From positions 32,001 to 96,000 of the IMG/VR virus record IMGVR_UViG_3300037067_016725: 64,000 nt of DNA; one strand, written 5' to 3'. Positions 26,545 to 37,224 of this stretch are shown here, piece by piece. Both the position numbers and the translations under genes were made by a program. The stretch comes from a virus. Taxonomy: Duplodnaviria; Caudoviricetes. How positions within the stretch are numbered: position 1 is the first letter of the stretch; every line of letters begins with the position of its first letter. Under the pieces are notes generated by a model. That model did no database searches. It worked only from the letters and a program-made list of their open reading frames with translations, and was not told where the DNA came from.

Positions 26545-29055
26545 ATGGCGAATACAGGTATTTATACTCTACAGGAGTTCAAAAACAGACAGGCCCTCAA
26601 ACTGGCTCCTGATATGTTTATTACGGTCATGGGGAAGACTGATGCTAGGGTGTTGCTGTCCGAATCCAGCATAGTTGAAAAGACTTCTGATGGGGAACTT
26701 ATTGAGAATCAGACAGTAGCCAATGTAAAGAACTTTGACTTCAAAGGAGGCCTCCTAAGTGTTAACACTGATTGTGCTGCACAGCCAGGGGCTGGAACTT
26801 GTACAATATCTTTTTCGTGCCCAACATACGATAGCTTAAACGAGAACTACTATATCACTCTACCGAACGGGACTAAATCCTTATTCTTCCAGTCTATGAT
26901 GGAGGTTAGGGTATATTCGAAGGGTAGGTTCTTGAGCAAGGATGGAACCCCCATTTACTACCCTGTGTTTTGGGGATTTATTACCACAGTTAATGAGGAT
27001 GTCCAAGGAAATAACGCTAATATCTCCTTGGCCTGTAGGGATTGTCTTGGCTGGTGGGAGTACCAATATGTGAATATTGTTAACTCTAGTGTTCAGGAGA
27101 AGTACGGTGGTAACCCTCCAGGCAATGCAGGTAGCCTTTATAGATTCATGAACCCTTGGGCATGCATCCTTAACTTGTTCAGACAGACTGGCTTTGACAA
27201 TTTCATATTCCCTACCTTCACGAAGGGGTCAGATCTGAGCCAGACAGAAGCTCCTTACACCTTGTCCAATCAGGACGGGACTAACAACAAAGGTGCCTAT
27301 GAGTTGTTAGCAGGAGCCGTTATTAAGGATTGGAAAGACAGATATGGCTTGGGGTCTGTACTTCCTACAAGTGGAAAGAAAAACTTTTCAAACTTAGAGA
27401 TGTATGGTATTAGTGGTCGTATAGACCTCAACTCTACCAATGAGCTTACCGCGGTAAGAGAAAAGGATATAGGAGATCAGCAAGCCTCCGCAGCTAGTAG
27501 GAAGGATACCAATGGAGTACCCTCGGCAACGGACGCTGCTAGGAAAATATACAAGGATAACTATGATGCAAAAAAGGTAGCTACTGAGAATACTTCAGGA
27601 ACTTCGGGGGATCAAGTATCTTCAGGGTATGAAGAGGAAGGAGATCCCTTCTATGTAGTTTCCCGTTTTCAGCAGGCAGGTGATGATGTTGTTCCTGACT
27701 TTGGTATAATGGGTGAAACCCTTCCCTTTGGTAACATGGAAGAATACCAAGTAGGTACGGAACCCGTTAAATACACCAAGCTTGAGACAGCCTCCCGTGT
27801 GGCGGATAGCATTGGGTTTGAATTCTTTCAGGATACTAATGGCGTCTTTGTTTTCAAACCTCCCTTCTTCAACATGAATGTTATCAGAAACAAGATCTAT
27901 GTGATTAAGCTGGAGGACATCCTTTCCTTTAATGCTGCAGAGGATTCCACACAGGTGGTTACCTTTATGGAGGCAACGGCTCCACTAATCCAGCTAGGCA
28001 CTGCTGCCCCATATCTAGCCTATCATGTTGACTTTGCTATGATGGACAAGTATGGAATAAGGGAGAAGTCTGCTACCCTTATGTATGGTGGTTCTCCACG
28101 TAGAATAAGGGCTATGGCATGCAGTGAAATGGCAAAGGCAAATATCAATGTGTTCACTGCCAGCCTTACTATTGTGCATAGGCCCGAGCTAAGGGTAGGA
28201 TACCCTATATACATCGACCACTTGGATACCTTCTATTATGTTAAGTCCATAAACCATTCCCTTGCTTTCGGGTCCAGCGCCACTACAACCCTGTCCTTAT
28301 GTGCTCGGAGGACAAGAGTGTATAACAACAATGGTGAACTGATGAGGGGTTATATATACAAACCCTTTGACTCCTTCAAGTATGGGGACAACCTGTCCAC
28401 TTCACAGATAGTAAAGGAAGAAAATAAAGAGGTCATGCGTGTTTTTGATAGTAGGGATGCCTCGAAAAAGCTGGAGGCAGCCAGGGCAATGGATGACTTA
28501 GGGGTGGGGACAAAAGGAGAGTCCAACCCTAGTGCCGCATATGCTAGGAAGCCTACAGCCACTGATAGGTATTACAGGGCAAATAATCTTACAGCTTCAC
28601 CTACCCCCGGCTTTTGGGTTCCTGTACAAGCGACCTCTATGAGGAATCTCCAGGATACCTCTAGTGATGCAAACAAACCTGTGGCTTTTGATGCAACTCG
28701 GTTTAGTGAACTGTATATGTTCCAGGAGCAGTCCGACCCGAGCGAGCCCAACTTGACTGCAGAGGAATCTGCAAAGGGGTCCCACCCCTACACTGACATA
28801 AACGGGTTCCAACATATAGGAGGGTTCCCTTATGGTGCTACTCTTATTATGGGGCCAGACTCTACCATAAGAGGATCATCCTCTGGGTCAGATATATCAG
28901 AAGATGTGGCTACCCTGGATTTACCTGGATTAGAGGGAGCCAGCAAGACTGTGGCTCCGGTGGTTACCCCCGCAAATGCAGGTATGACAATTGCAGGGAC
29001 AAAAGAAGAAACCACTGATAAGTCTGATGATGTTGCTAGTATAGACTTGGCTTAG
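26545..29055 (+). CDS. Baseplate hub protein (gp27-like)
   Basis: VFWGFIT..ISLACRD, FEFFQDTNGVFVFKPP, RPELRVGYPI..FYYVKSINHS; ATG 26545 after AGGA. Confidence 0.75.
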   Translation: MANTGIYTLQEFKNRQALKLAPDMFITVMGKTDARVLLSESSIVEKTSDGELIENQTVANVKNFDFKGGLLSVNTDCAAQPGAGTCTISFSCPTYDSLNENYYITLPNGTKSLFFQSMMEVRVYSKGRFLSKDGTPIYYPVFWGFITTVNEDVQGNNANISLACRDCLGWWEYQYVNIVNSSVQEKYGGNPPGNAGSLYRFMNPWACILNLFRQTGFDNFIFPTFTKGSDLSQTEAPYTLSNQDGTNNKGAYELLAGAVIKDWKDRYGLGSVLPTSGKKNFSNLEMYGISGRIDLNSTNELTAVREKDIGDQQASAASRKDTNGVPSATDAARKIYKDNYDAKKVATENTSGTSGDQVSSGYEEEGDPFYVVSRFQQAGDDVVPDFGIMGETLPFGNMEEYQVGTEPVKYTKLETASRVADSIGFEFFQDTNGVFVFKPPFFNMNVIRNKIYVIKLEDILSFNAAEDSTQVVTFMEATAPLIQLGTAAPYLAYHVDFAMMDKYGIREKSATLMYGGSPRRIRAMACSEMAKANINVFTASLTIVHRPELRVGYPIYIDHLDTFYYVKSINHSLAFGSSATTTLSLCARRTRVYNNNGELMRGYIYKPFDSFKYGDNLSTSQIVKEENKEVMRVFDSRDASKKLEAARAMDDLGVGTKGESNPSAAYARKPTATDRYYRANNLTASPTPGFWVPVQATSMRNLQDTSSDANKPVAFDATRFSELYMFQEQSDPSEPNLTAEESAKGSHPYTDINGFQHIGGFPYGATLIMGPDSTIRGSSSGSDISEDVATLDLPGLEGASKTVAPVVTPANAGMTIAGTKEETTDKSDDVASIDLA

Positions 29056-29070
29056 CCGAGCGAGGGAACT

Positions 29071-31101
29071 ATGGGAATAAGAATAGCCGTACAAGACAAA
29101 AGAGCTCCTTCTCCTAGCAGAAAGACAGGTGCCCACTATCATAAGGAAGAGGCACTTCCTAGGGCTTTGTGGAAGGAAAACGGGAAGAGGACAGTTAAAG
29201 GAGTAATATCCCGTGTGAATGCGGACGCCAATCTTATGGATGTGGCGGTTCAGGGTTCTTCTCAGTTCCTTACAGACATCCCTATTTTCTCTCCTTATGT
29301 AGGACCCGCGGGGTTTATGGGTATCTACCCAGAAGTAGGATCCCTAGTAGTTCTAATGGATTCTTCCTTTGGTTTGGTCCCGGTAGCTTATGCTATACCA
29401 CAACCTGAGTTTGCCCTGCAGTGTGAGCTTCTTTCTCTGTATCCAAAGGAAACAGCAGATAGCATTCGTGAGTTAATGAGGGTAAGGCCTGCCAAGTATC
29501 GCAGGATGCGACCAGGGGAAGGAAGAATGGCATCCTCCCAAGGAGCAGAACTGTTTTTGGATGAGGATGTTGAACTTCTCGATAGCATGGACAATGGATT
29601 TCATATAAGATCTGGTGATGGGAGTGTAATAGCTACTTCACAACAGAACTATATGTTTGCCAACGGTGTATGGAGGAGTGCCGGCCCCATCCAAAGAAAC
29701 TCTCTAGAAACTAAGAACTTTGGTGAGAATGACATAAGCTATGAAGCCACGGAAGTAATTCATTCCGATGGTAACCGTAGTGTTTACATAGGTGGAAGGT
29801 ACCAGTATAACGACCTAGTCTACAATGAGTATCGACTTGAAGTAGAGGACTCATGTGTTCTTTCAAAACCTATAAATGATGTAAACGAGGGGGTAAACCC
29901 TAAGCCCCGGTTGCCTAAGGTTTCTCATATTATGGGGAACATGGTGGGGAATAACCCTAATGACACAGGGACTTACGGTAAATTTCTAGCACCTGCTTTT
30001 ACAAAGGGGACAAGAGGAAACGGTTGCTTACTATTTGAAGCTATCAATCCTGCAGGTAATGGGGATACCCTAGGGTCTCGTGGAGTCGCCTGGGCTTACC
30101 AGATACCGGACAAGGGGTTCTTTGGACAGGACAAGGAAGGAGCTTTGCATGCCTACATAGGGGAGACAAAAGGGGACACCCCGGGCATATCGGTCTCTCT
30201 AGTTGCAAAGGGTGGAAGAAAGGAAGAGTGGGGTTTTGTCAAAGACGGTGGTCTTTCCTGGGACATGTACACCAAGGGAGGTATCTCCTGGGTAGTTGGG
30301 AAGTCTACGGACAGTCCCGCTAAAAGTATTCTTAGCAGAAGCTCCGTTGTTAGATACCTGGGAGGAACCTACACTGAACATGGGTTCTCTCAGGACTATG
30401 ATAAAGATGTCTTGCAGGACTTAGATGGTAATGACCTGGACACAGTGCATCAAGCATCTTATAAAAAAGTTGTAAGAGTTGCAGGTAACTCCCGAGAAGA
30501 GATTGCTGGAGACAGTGAATTCCTTATTGGGGGCAGCATTATCGAAGAAATTCAGGCAGGAAGATCCGTTTCCGTGGGTGGGTCCTATAGTGAGTCAGTC
30601 ATAGGGGATAGAACAATCAGCACCACCTCATCTTTATCCATAAACGCCATAAGAAGCATTAAGGTGCAGACGGCCACACGTACCGAGAAGATAGTCAAGG
30701 GAAGTGACAGCAAAACTATTTTGCTAGGTGATGACGAGACCACCATAGCCCTGGGAAGCCATACCCTTAAGGTAGGTGTTGGTGATGTGAAGAGAACAGT
30801 GGCAACAGGAAATATTGAGGATACCATTGCTGCCGGAAGCCACAAGACTACAGTTGTCCTAGGAAACTATGATGTAAGCGTAGCAACGGGGAATATTGGG
30901 GTTAACACTTCGGTAGGGACTGTCACAGTAGGGGGGACCAGTGTTTCCGTCAAGGGTATGGTGGCAGTAGATATCAATGCACCTATAGTGGGTATAGGTG
31001 ATGTGGCAACAAGGTCAGGGGTCATCACGTTCTTGTCCCATAAGGATTACACCACAGGCGCTCCCCTTATTCCCTCTTTGAAAGTAACTGCGGGGATGTG
31101 A
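29071..31101 (+). CDS. Baseplate central spike (gp5/GpV-like)
   Basis: N-terminal OB-fold pattern (GVISRVN...YPEVGSLVVL) and C-terminal beta-strand repeats (ETTIALGS, KRTVATGN, EDTIAAGS). Confidence 0.75.
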   Translation: MGIRIAVQDKRAPSPSRKTGAHYHKEEALPRALWKENGKRTVKGVISRVNADANLMDVAVQGSSQFLTDIPIFSPYVGPAGFMGIYPEVGSLVVLMDSSFGLVPVAYAIPQPEFALQCELLSLYPKETADSIRELMRVRPAKYRRMRPGEGRMASSQGAELFLDEDVELLDSMDNGFHIRSGDGSVIATSQQNYMFANGVWRSAGPIQRNSLETKNFGENDISYEATEVIHSDGNRSVYIGGRYQYNDLVYNEYRLEVEDSCVLSKPINDVNEGVNPKPRLPKVSHIMGNMVGNNPNDTGTYGKFLAPAFTKGTRGNGCLLFEAINPAGNGDTLGSRGVAWAYQIPDKGFFGQDKEGALHAYIGETKGDTPGISVSLVAKGGRKEEWGFVKDGGLSWDMYTKGGISWVVGKSTDSPAKSILSRSSVVRYLGGTYTEHGFSQDYDKDVLQDLDGNDLDTVHQASYKKVVRVAGNSREEIAGDSEFLIGGSIIEEIQAGRSVSVGGSYSESVIGDRTISTTSSLSINAIRSIKVQTATRTEKIVKGSDSKTILLGDDETTIALGSHTLKVGVGDVKRTVATGNIEDTIAAGSHKTTVVLGNYDVSVATGNIGVNTSVGTVTVGGTSVSVKGMVAVDINAPIVGIGDVATRSGVITFLSHKDYTTGAPLIPSLKVTAGM

Positions 31102-31697
31102 TGCCTTTTGCTGCTCCTACAGCTCAGTCCGCAATAATGGTGGCGGGAGCCTCCCTAGGTATCGTAGGGGGGAATTTCAGCCAAATAGCAATGGCTGTCG
31201 CTATGACCTGCCAGAGTCAGTTTCTGCTACCTGCAACTATGTCCGTGGTAGCTGCAGGAACCGCTGGGGCTGGTGTCGTAGGAGGAGCTTCTCCACCTAT
31301 AGGTGTAACCCCTCCTGCTATGGCTTCTGCAATTTTTTCTTCGATGGCCTCAAAAGGTCTTACAGGGGCTAATAATTTCAACATATGTATGGCGATAAGT
31401 ACGGGTATCTGTAATACCATTCCTTCGTTAGTACTCTTTGGGGTATCCCCTGGGGTAGGAACAGGGACTGGTACTGCTAAGGCTGTATCATTTGACCCCG
31501 CCAGCTTTACGACGATATTGATAACCAATCTTGCGTCGTTAGGGATAGTGGGGTCACAGGCTATGGCGATAGCTGCTGCTATAGCCGAGGGCGTTTGTAC
31601 AACTATGTCCTCATCCTTAGTAGTCCCTGTTTTGGCAATAGTGGGACCATCGGGGCCCGCTCCTGCAACAACAGTATTCCCAGCACAGTTTGTATAA
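31098..31697 (+). CDS. Ala/Gly-rich hydrophobic protein after spike, with three internal repeats
   Basis: ASLGIVGGN / ASKGLTGAN / ASLGIVGSQ; overlaps spike stop codon. Confidence 0.6.
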   Translation: MMPFAAPTAQSAIMVAGASLGIVGGNFSQIAMAVAMTCQSQFLLPATMSVVAAGTAGAGVVGGASPPIGVTPPAMASAIFSSMASKGLTGANNFNICMAISTGICNTIPSLVLFGVSPGVGTGTGTAKAVSFDPASFTTILITNLASLGIVGSQAMAIAAAIAEGVCTTMSSSLVVPVLAIVGPSGPAPATTVFPAQFV

Positions 31698-31715
31698 GAA
31701 ATAACAGAGGTTTTT

Positions 31716-34700
31716 GTGGCAGACGATATTACAAAGTTCAAAAGCTTGAACTACATGAGCAACAGAGTTGTTCGAAATGCCATGTCAGGTAAGAAGAATG
31801 ACCCTGATGCAGGTATGTTGGTAACTGAGACCGCCTCCTTTTCGGATACGGTAACTCCTCAAAGTTATTTGATGAGATCCGAGATAACCTCGGACACTAC
31901 CTTTACAGTGGCCTCTGTGACTTTCCAAGAGGGAAGTGCCGTTGTAACAACAACTACTCCAAATGGGTTTTCTAATGTACAGGTAGGGGACTCTTTAAGG
32001 CCTGAAGAACTCGGAGGGCTTTTTTATACAATCCTTACCAAGGAATCACCTACCCGTCTAGTAGTTAGCTTGCAGTATAGTTCCCCCAACGGGGCTACTA
32101 CCAATACGGGAGTGGCTCAGGTCATGAAAAGGGAATTTGGAAGAGCAAAACTCTATTCCTATTCAGACCCAGGACAGGAGGGGGTAGATGTATTCTCATA
32201 TGATGCTCAGCTAGGTGTATGGACACTAGGCAACGATGCCGCATCCCACAGAAGTGGTCCCTACAGCACCACAAGTGATCAGACTGCTTCTTCCTATATG
32301 GATTCTATTAAGGGGCATTCTGTTCCCAATGGGGAAACAGGGATAGCTGACATTAACCTAGTAGGTATCATAAAGAAGAACCTACAGCCCACGCAAGCAG
32401 ATAACTCTGTGGTAACCTTTTCTCCTGCACCAAATCCTTCTTCGCTAAATGAACCAGGTGATACCTCCAAGGTGGCTGTCAAAGTAAAATATCCCGGTCA
32501 GGACTGGGCAAACCTTGATTATGGGGAGGACTACCTCCTGTCTTACACAAATAACCCAGTGTATGATGGATATAGACCACTTCCCTCCCAGGTTACCTCC
32601 GTCATAATTAGCATGATGAAGGATTTCTCTTACTCAGAGAACGTGGACTCTTCTTTTGCAGGTAAGATAGCGCCAGTAGATAGTGACGGGGAAACAATAA
32701 ATCCTGTTTGGAAAGATTCCATTAGTGTGAACGCTGGTGGACAGCTAACCCCTAACGAGAGTTTCATGGTAGACCCTCTTCAGGGGGTTATTACCCTCTT
32801 TGACAGAGTTGAAAAAGAAGATCTTATAGGGGCAGTCCTTTATGATAAAGGCGCGATATACTCAGGGGTAGAGATAAGACTGTCCGATGATCCTATGGAG
32901 GGTATAACAGAGGAATCCTTTTCTTCGGCCAAGTTGCTGAAGGAGAACATAGACTTTACGGTAAACAGAGAGAATGGAACCTTTTACCTTCTAGGGGAAT
33001 CAGACCCAAACAAAACCCTCCTTCTAAACTATCTGGTTGAGGGAGCTACCCGCACCACAAGCCAACCTGTGGAAGATATTTCTGATCTTAGGACGGATGC
33101 TTTCCCTGTTGCCCCTGGGTCTGTTAGAATAACAGCGACCTATAAGGACGGTACCAAGTCTAAGGAGTTGACATCCTCGGACTATACCATCTTCTACTCT
33201 AACGGTATTATCAGGTTAAGTGATTCCTACGCAGGGGTATTTAAGGCAATATCCATCACATACAAACCCGCGTTAAAAGTCACAGTATATGCCAAATCCG
33301 TGGGAGACAATAAGTTTTATTTCAAGGTGAAAGATATTCCTGTTTTGGCCCTCAATGAAATGTCTGTTGCTGTGGGATTCAAAGATCCTGGTCTTGAAGT
33401 TCTGACGTTAATCACCAAGGAAAAAAGGAGTATCCCCTTAACAGGGAGTAAATACTCAAAGGATAATGGAGTTCTCACTCTTGCAGAGGCAAGCCCCACC
33501 ATGTTCAAGGCAGGCTATGCCTTGGTATCCTTCGGTTATACCTCTTCTAGCCTACCATACTACCCCTTAGTACGCATACTCAGAAGGCTTCCCCAAGGAT
33601 CCTCTAACATCGTACTAGAGAGTACAACGGTATCCTCACTGGGTATTGTAACTGGAGGTTTCTTAAAGTTCACAAGTACAACAGATCCAAAGTCAATGGA
33701 AATTGTGTGTATATCCTCAATCACCAGTATTGACGGGGTTAATGTTCAGGTGAACTTCACACAGCCAACTCGACGCCTGATCGAAAATCTATACTGGTAT
33801 GCTTCGGATAGCTTGGTTCCTTGGGTAGAAGAGACGTATACCACTTCTTCAGCTTTTGCTGAAAAAGCAAGTCAGATAACATTGGAAGGGGTAATACCTT
33901 GTCAAGCTGCCTGCATCTTATCCCTGGAAGGTAATGGCCTTTATCAGATTACAGGAAAGTCCTACTCGAATGGGCAAACAGTTCTTTCGATATCTCCCAA
34001 TTTATCGGCTTCTATTTCTTCAACAATCTCGGCACAGATAACGGTGGCCCCTGTTTATCAGGAGGGAGATAATGGTCTATCTGCAAAGAATGCCATACTA
34101 GGTGAGGCCATTCCTATTGCAACTCTACAAGCTCCCGAAGTAGATGAACCCACCAGGTTTGCTCTAAAAAAGGCAGGGACTACTTACTCAGTCACAAAGA
34201 GTACAGAGACAAGTGCCGAAGTGGTTTACTCAGAGGATTCCTCTGGTAAGACAATAAAGAGCACCCTAGACGCACTGGCGGATTCTTTCTCGGGACAAGT
34301 AACCTACTATGCTAATGCTACTGATATACCTTCTGCAAACCTGGGTGTTATAGTAGCGGAGGTGAACCCCAACCAGTTACCCTATACATTCAGGAGCTTC
34401 CCCACCTTGTATCGAAAGAGGTGGGGAGAAACCAGCTATACCGCATTAACCCTGGGTGTAGAATACTCTTCCGAATCTGGCATTATCAGGTTAACTGAAG
34501 GGAACACAATTGCTAAAGGGGATAGGTTTAAGCTCTCCTATAGCTACCCCTCTAACCAAGGGGCTTCTTCCATAAGTGTTTCCGGGAAGCAGTTTGTGTC
34601 CACGGTAAAGGGGACACAGTTTAATGTGGCCTATGACTACTTGGCTCCTGACCAGTTTTACATAGAAACAATGAAGGAAGGGATCTTTGTCTACGACTGG

Positions 34701-37073
34701 GCCTTGCCCTACCTTGATGCTAAAAAGGAAGCCCTGAAAGGTCCTAAGCCTACAGGAAGTAAGGGCCCTATTGTTGTGTCTACCTCAGGTAAGATAGAAG
34801 GAGCTGTGTATAACACCATCTCTGAGCTAAGGGATATTTACCTAGCGAGCAATGTACTTTGGAAGGTCTCAGATTATTATAAGAACAGAATGCTGCCTTT
34901 TGCTAAGGAGTACTCTGCCCTCTTAGGTCTGAAGGCTGGAAATATTACATTAGAAAGGGATACCAGAACTAGCTGGGTGGATGTTTGTCATCAGATGAAC
35001 TTTGGTATGTCCGAGTTTTTCCCAAATGATTACACATCCCTGGTACCCTTGGAGGATGGACGGTTTGCAAAAACATACACCTGCTGTGATACCGTGGCAG
35101 TGTACAATGATAGTACCTATGGGTACATCGTGGGCCCCTACTCTAACTTTAATGACGTGGCCAATGGCTTGCTAGCAGGAGATAAGGTTGTTTTAGAGGG
35201 CTCCCCCATCGAGTACACCATTGTATCCGTAGATACCTCCTCTAAGGTAAAGGTAACACCTCTTATTGAAGGGGCGACTACAGATGTCCCGGATTTCTCA
35301 AAGGTAAAAAGCTTCTATGGTATTAAATACTCTGTCATAAGAAGTTTGCCTGGAGAGATGTACTTCGTGGATGACAAGGGTCACCATGGGGCAAAGGCTG
35401 TGTCCTCAATGCTTGGTGATGTCTTTGTTATGCAAGGGGTAAAGAATAACTTTGCTCTAGAGTACTCTATAGATGCAGGAAAAACCTGGACGAAGCAAGT
35501 GGTAGACTTGACTGAAAATGATACTCTACCTTTACCTCACTATCTTTCCCTCAAGGAAGTTGCTAGGATCCTGTTTGATAGCTTGTCCTCAGTCTTTATC
35601 GTAGACGTAGAAGATGTTTACTCATGGCCCAACTATACATCTCAACTACAGGAGATGCTATCCTTTCAATGGCCTTTAAGCATCCCTGATACTGGTAAGC
35701 TGCCAGGAAAAAGATCTGCCCTGGTAATAAGGGCCCGAGGTTCTAAGACATGGGTGAGATTCAGTAGCACTGCCTCCTCAGGTAATGTTGATTTAGGATT
35801 CGATAAAAGTACTGTGTACAAGGGTGCTCTTAATGTCCTGAACTGCAAGAATATGGCAAGTGATGAAAAGGAAGAGAGGATAGGTCTCATCACAGGCATT
35901 AATAAAATCTTGGATATCTCGGATAAAATAGATAGAAGTCTTTCTGCAGGTACTTTGGTATCTCCAGTGACCACTATTGTTGCAACAGTTTCCGAGCATC
36001 TAGAACAGCTTAAGAGTGCTTCTGCAGGGGCTTCCGGTATAACCTATGAGAAAGATGCTACGGAACAGGTGGCTCTCTCATATACAGGTGCAAACCAAGC
36101 AATTGCAGTGTATGCCGGGTATATATCTGAGACAGATAGCCAGAAAGCCCAGGACTCTGCTAAGTTGTCTCAGGTTTCAGGAGGGGCTGCCGAAGCTTAC
36201 GTTTGCTCCTTTCAAGGAGAGACCTTGAGCAGATCAGAGGCAAATGGGTTATTAGCTCAGTCCTTTGCCTCCAGCAACATAGGTAAATTTAAGGTAACCT
36301 CGTACTTCCCCTCTACAGTGGACCCTCGAATTGTTTATGGTACAGGAGCAAAGGACGCTACTGTTCCTTTGGGGACGGACGGGGCAGCAAAGGCAGTGTT
36401 CCCAACATATCTGAATAACTCATATATGAAGGGGACTTATGTCACTCAGCCATATGGGTCCTGGGATTCACTGTCTGACAGTACCAAGAGATACTCTTCT
36501 GGGGCTTCTGAGACATTAAAGATGGATGATGCCATAACACTAAAGGCAACGTATGCCACGGGTATCACCCTAAGTTCTACAGAGAATGGTATGACTGTTG
36601 TAGCAGGAGCAACCTCCACCTATATTGCCTATGACTCTTATTCAAACCTGGCAAAATTGGTAAACAAGCTAAACTCTCTAGGAGTTCTGTCTTGTACCAA
36701 GAACGCTAACTACCCCGACACAACCTCCTATGGCACTTTGGTACCTATAAGTACAGCCCGAGTTTTGGCTAATGGGAGTTCATTGACTATACCCTTTGGG
36801 GTTAAGGGAGACATTCTTTTCTACTCTGTTTCTGATGATAATCTATTGACATGGAAAATGGAAGAAGGCTCTAGGATTTCCACTGTTGAAGGATATTTGT
36901 CTTATTACCCTGTAAGGGCAGCAGAGATAAAGAATTCTTTTGGGGTGTCCGGGGAGAGCTTGCACAACAATAGGGAGATGTGGATAAAGAAACTTCTCCA
37001 CAAGACTTTTGGGATGGCAGGGTATTATCTACCTGCCAAGAAGGCTGTAAAGGAGTCCTATGATGAACAATGA
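31716..37073 (+). CDS. Very large baseplate-associated structural protein (1785 aa)
   Basis: S/T-rich with repeated beta modules (DYTI..GII.L); GAGG RBS before GTG. Confidence 0.65.
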   Translation: MADDITKFKSLNYMSNRVVRNAMSGKKNDPDAGMLVTETASFSDTVTPQSYLMRSEITSDTTFTVASVTFQEGSAVVTTTTPNGFSNVQVGDSLRPEELGGLFYTILTKESPTRLVVSLQYSSPNGATTNTGVAQVMKREFGRAKLYSYSDPGQEGVDVFSYDAQLGVWTLGNDAASHRSGPYSTTSDQTASSYMDSIKGHSVPNGETGIADINLVGIIKKNLQPTQADNSVVTFSPAPNPSSLNEPGDTSKVAVKVKYPGQDWANLDYGEDYLLSYTNNPVYDGYRPLPSQVTSVIISMMKDFSYSENVDSSFAGKIAPVDSDGETINPVWKDSISVNAGGQLTPNESFMVDPLQGVITLFDRVEKEDLIGAVLYDKGAIYSGVEIRLSDDPMEGITEESFSSAKLLKENIDFTVNRENGTFYLLGESDPNKTLLLNYLVEGATRTTSQPVEDISDLRTDAFPVAPGSVRITATYKDGTKSKELTSSDYTIFYSNGIIRLSDSYAGVFKAISITYKPALKVTVYAKSVGDNKFYFKVKDIPVLALNEMSVAVGFKDPGLEVLTLITKEKRSIPLTGSKYSKDNGVLTLAEASPTMFKAGYALVSFGYTSSSLPYYPLVRILRRLPQGSSNIVLESTTVSSLGIVTGGFLKFTSTTDPKSMEIVCISSITSIDGVNVQVNFTQPTRRLIENLYWYASDSLVPWVEETYTTSSAFAEKASQITLEGVIPCQAACILSLEGNGLYQITGKSYSNGQTVLSISPNLSASISSTISAQITVAPVYQEGDNGLSAKNAILGEAIPIATLQAPEVDEPTRFALKKAGTTYSVTKSTETSAEVVYSEDSSGKTIKSTLDALADSFSGQVTYYANATDIPSANLGVIVAEVNPNQLPYTFRSFPTLYRKRWGETSYTALTLGVEYSSESGIIRLTEGNTIAKGDRFKLSYSYPSNQGASSISVSGKQFVSTVKGTQFNVAYDYLAPDQFYIETMKEGIFVYDWALPYLDAKKEALKGPKPTGSKGPIVVSTSGKIEGAVYNTISELRDIYLASNVLWKVSDYYKNRMLPFAKEYSALLGLKAGNITLERDTRTSWVDVCHQMNFGMSEFFPNDYTSLVPLEDGRFAKTYTCCDTVAVYNDSTYGYIVGPYSNFNDVANGLLAGDKVVLEGSPIEYTIVSVDTSSKVKVTPLIEGATTDVPDFSKVKSFYGIKYSVIRSLPGEMYFVDDKGHHGAKAVSSMLGDVFVMQGVKNNFALEYSIDAGKTWTKQVVDLTENDTLPLPHYLSLKEVARILFDSLSSVFIVDVEDVYSWPNYTSQLQEMLSFQWPLSIPDTGKLPGKRSALVIRARGSKTWVRFSSTASSGNVDLGFDKSTVYKGALNVLNCKNMASDEKEERIGLITGINKILDISDKIDRSLSAGTLVSPVTTIVATVSEHLEQLKSASAGASGITYEKDATEQVALSYTGANQAIAVYAGYISETDSQKAQDSAKLSQVSGGAAEAYVCSFQGETLSRSEANGLLAQSFASSNIGKFKVTSYFPSTVDPRIVYGTGAKDATVPLGTDGAAKAVFPTYLNNSYMKGTYVTQPYGSWDSLSDSTKRYSSGASETLKMDDAITLKATYATGITLSSTENGMTVVAGATSTYIAYDSYSNLAKLVNKLNSLGVLSCTKNANYPDTTSYGTLVPISTARVLANGSSLTIPFGVKGDILFYSVSDDNLLTWKMEEGSRISTVEGYLSYYPVRAAEIKNSFGVSGESLHNNREMWIKKLLHKTFGMAGYYLPAKKAVKESYDEQ

Positions 37074-37224
37074 AACCCTGCAATGGAAGAGGCCTGCGGA
37101 GTTGCCCCCTTCTGAAGTGACCTCAGGTTTTCAGAGGGTAGTGGGACTTTTACAGGAAGTAGTGGCTAAGAAAAGAGAGGAAGTCTCTGCTGTGACTGGA
37201 GAACTGCATGATTTCGACAAGTGA
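37060..37224 (+). CDS. Small helical protein (54 aa, MMNNETLQWKRP...HDFDK) absent from the ORF track
   Basis: AAGGAG RBS; fills the gap and overlaps both neighbours. Confidence 0.65.
   Translation: MMNNETLQWKRPAELPPSEVTSGFQRVVGLLQEVVAKKREEVSAVTGELHDFDK

Noticed and set aside
29053-29073. Hub and spike are in frame across a single TAG (would give a VgrG-like fusion)
   Set aside because: The spike has its own GAGGGA RBS, in-frame adjacency is expected by chance, and the hub C-terminus looks disordered
36838-36850. Partial late-motif match ATAATCTATTGAC inside the 1785-aa gene
   Set aside because: Second half diverges and it is intragenic; cannot be distinguished from chance
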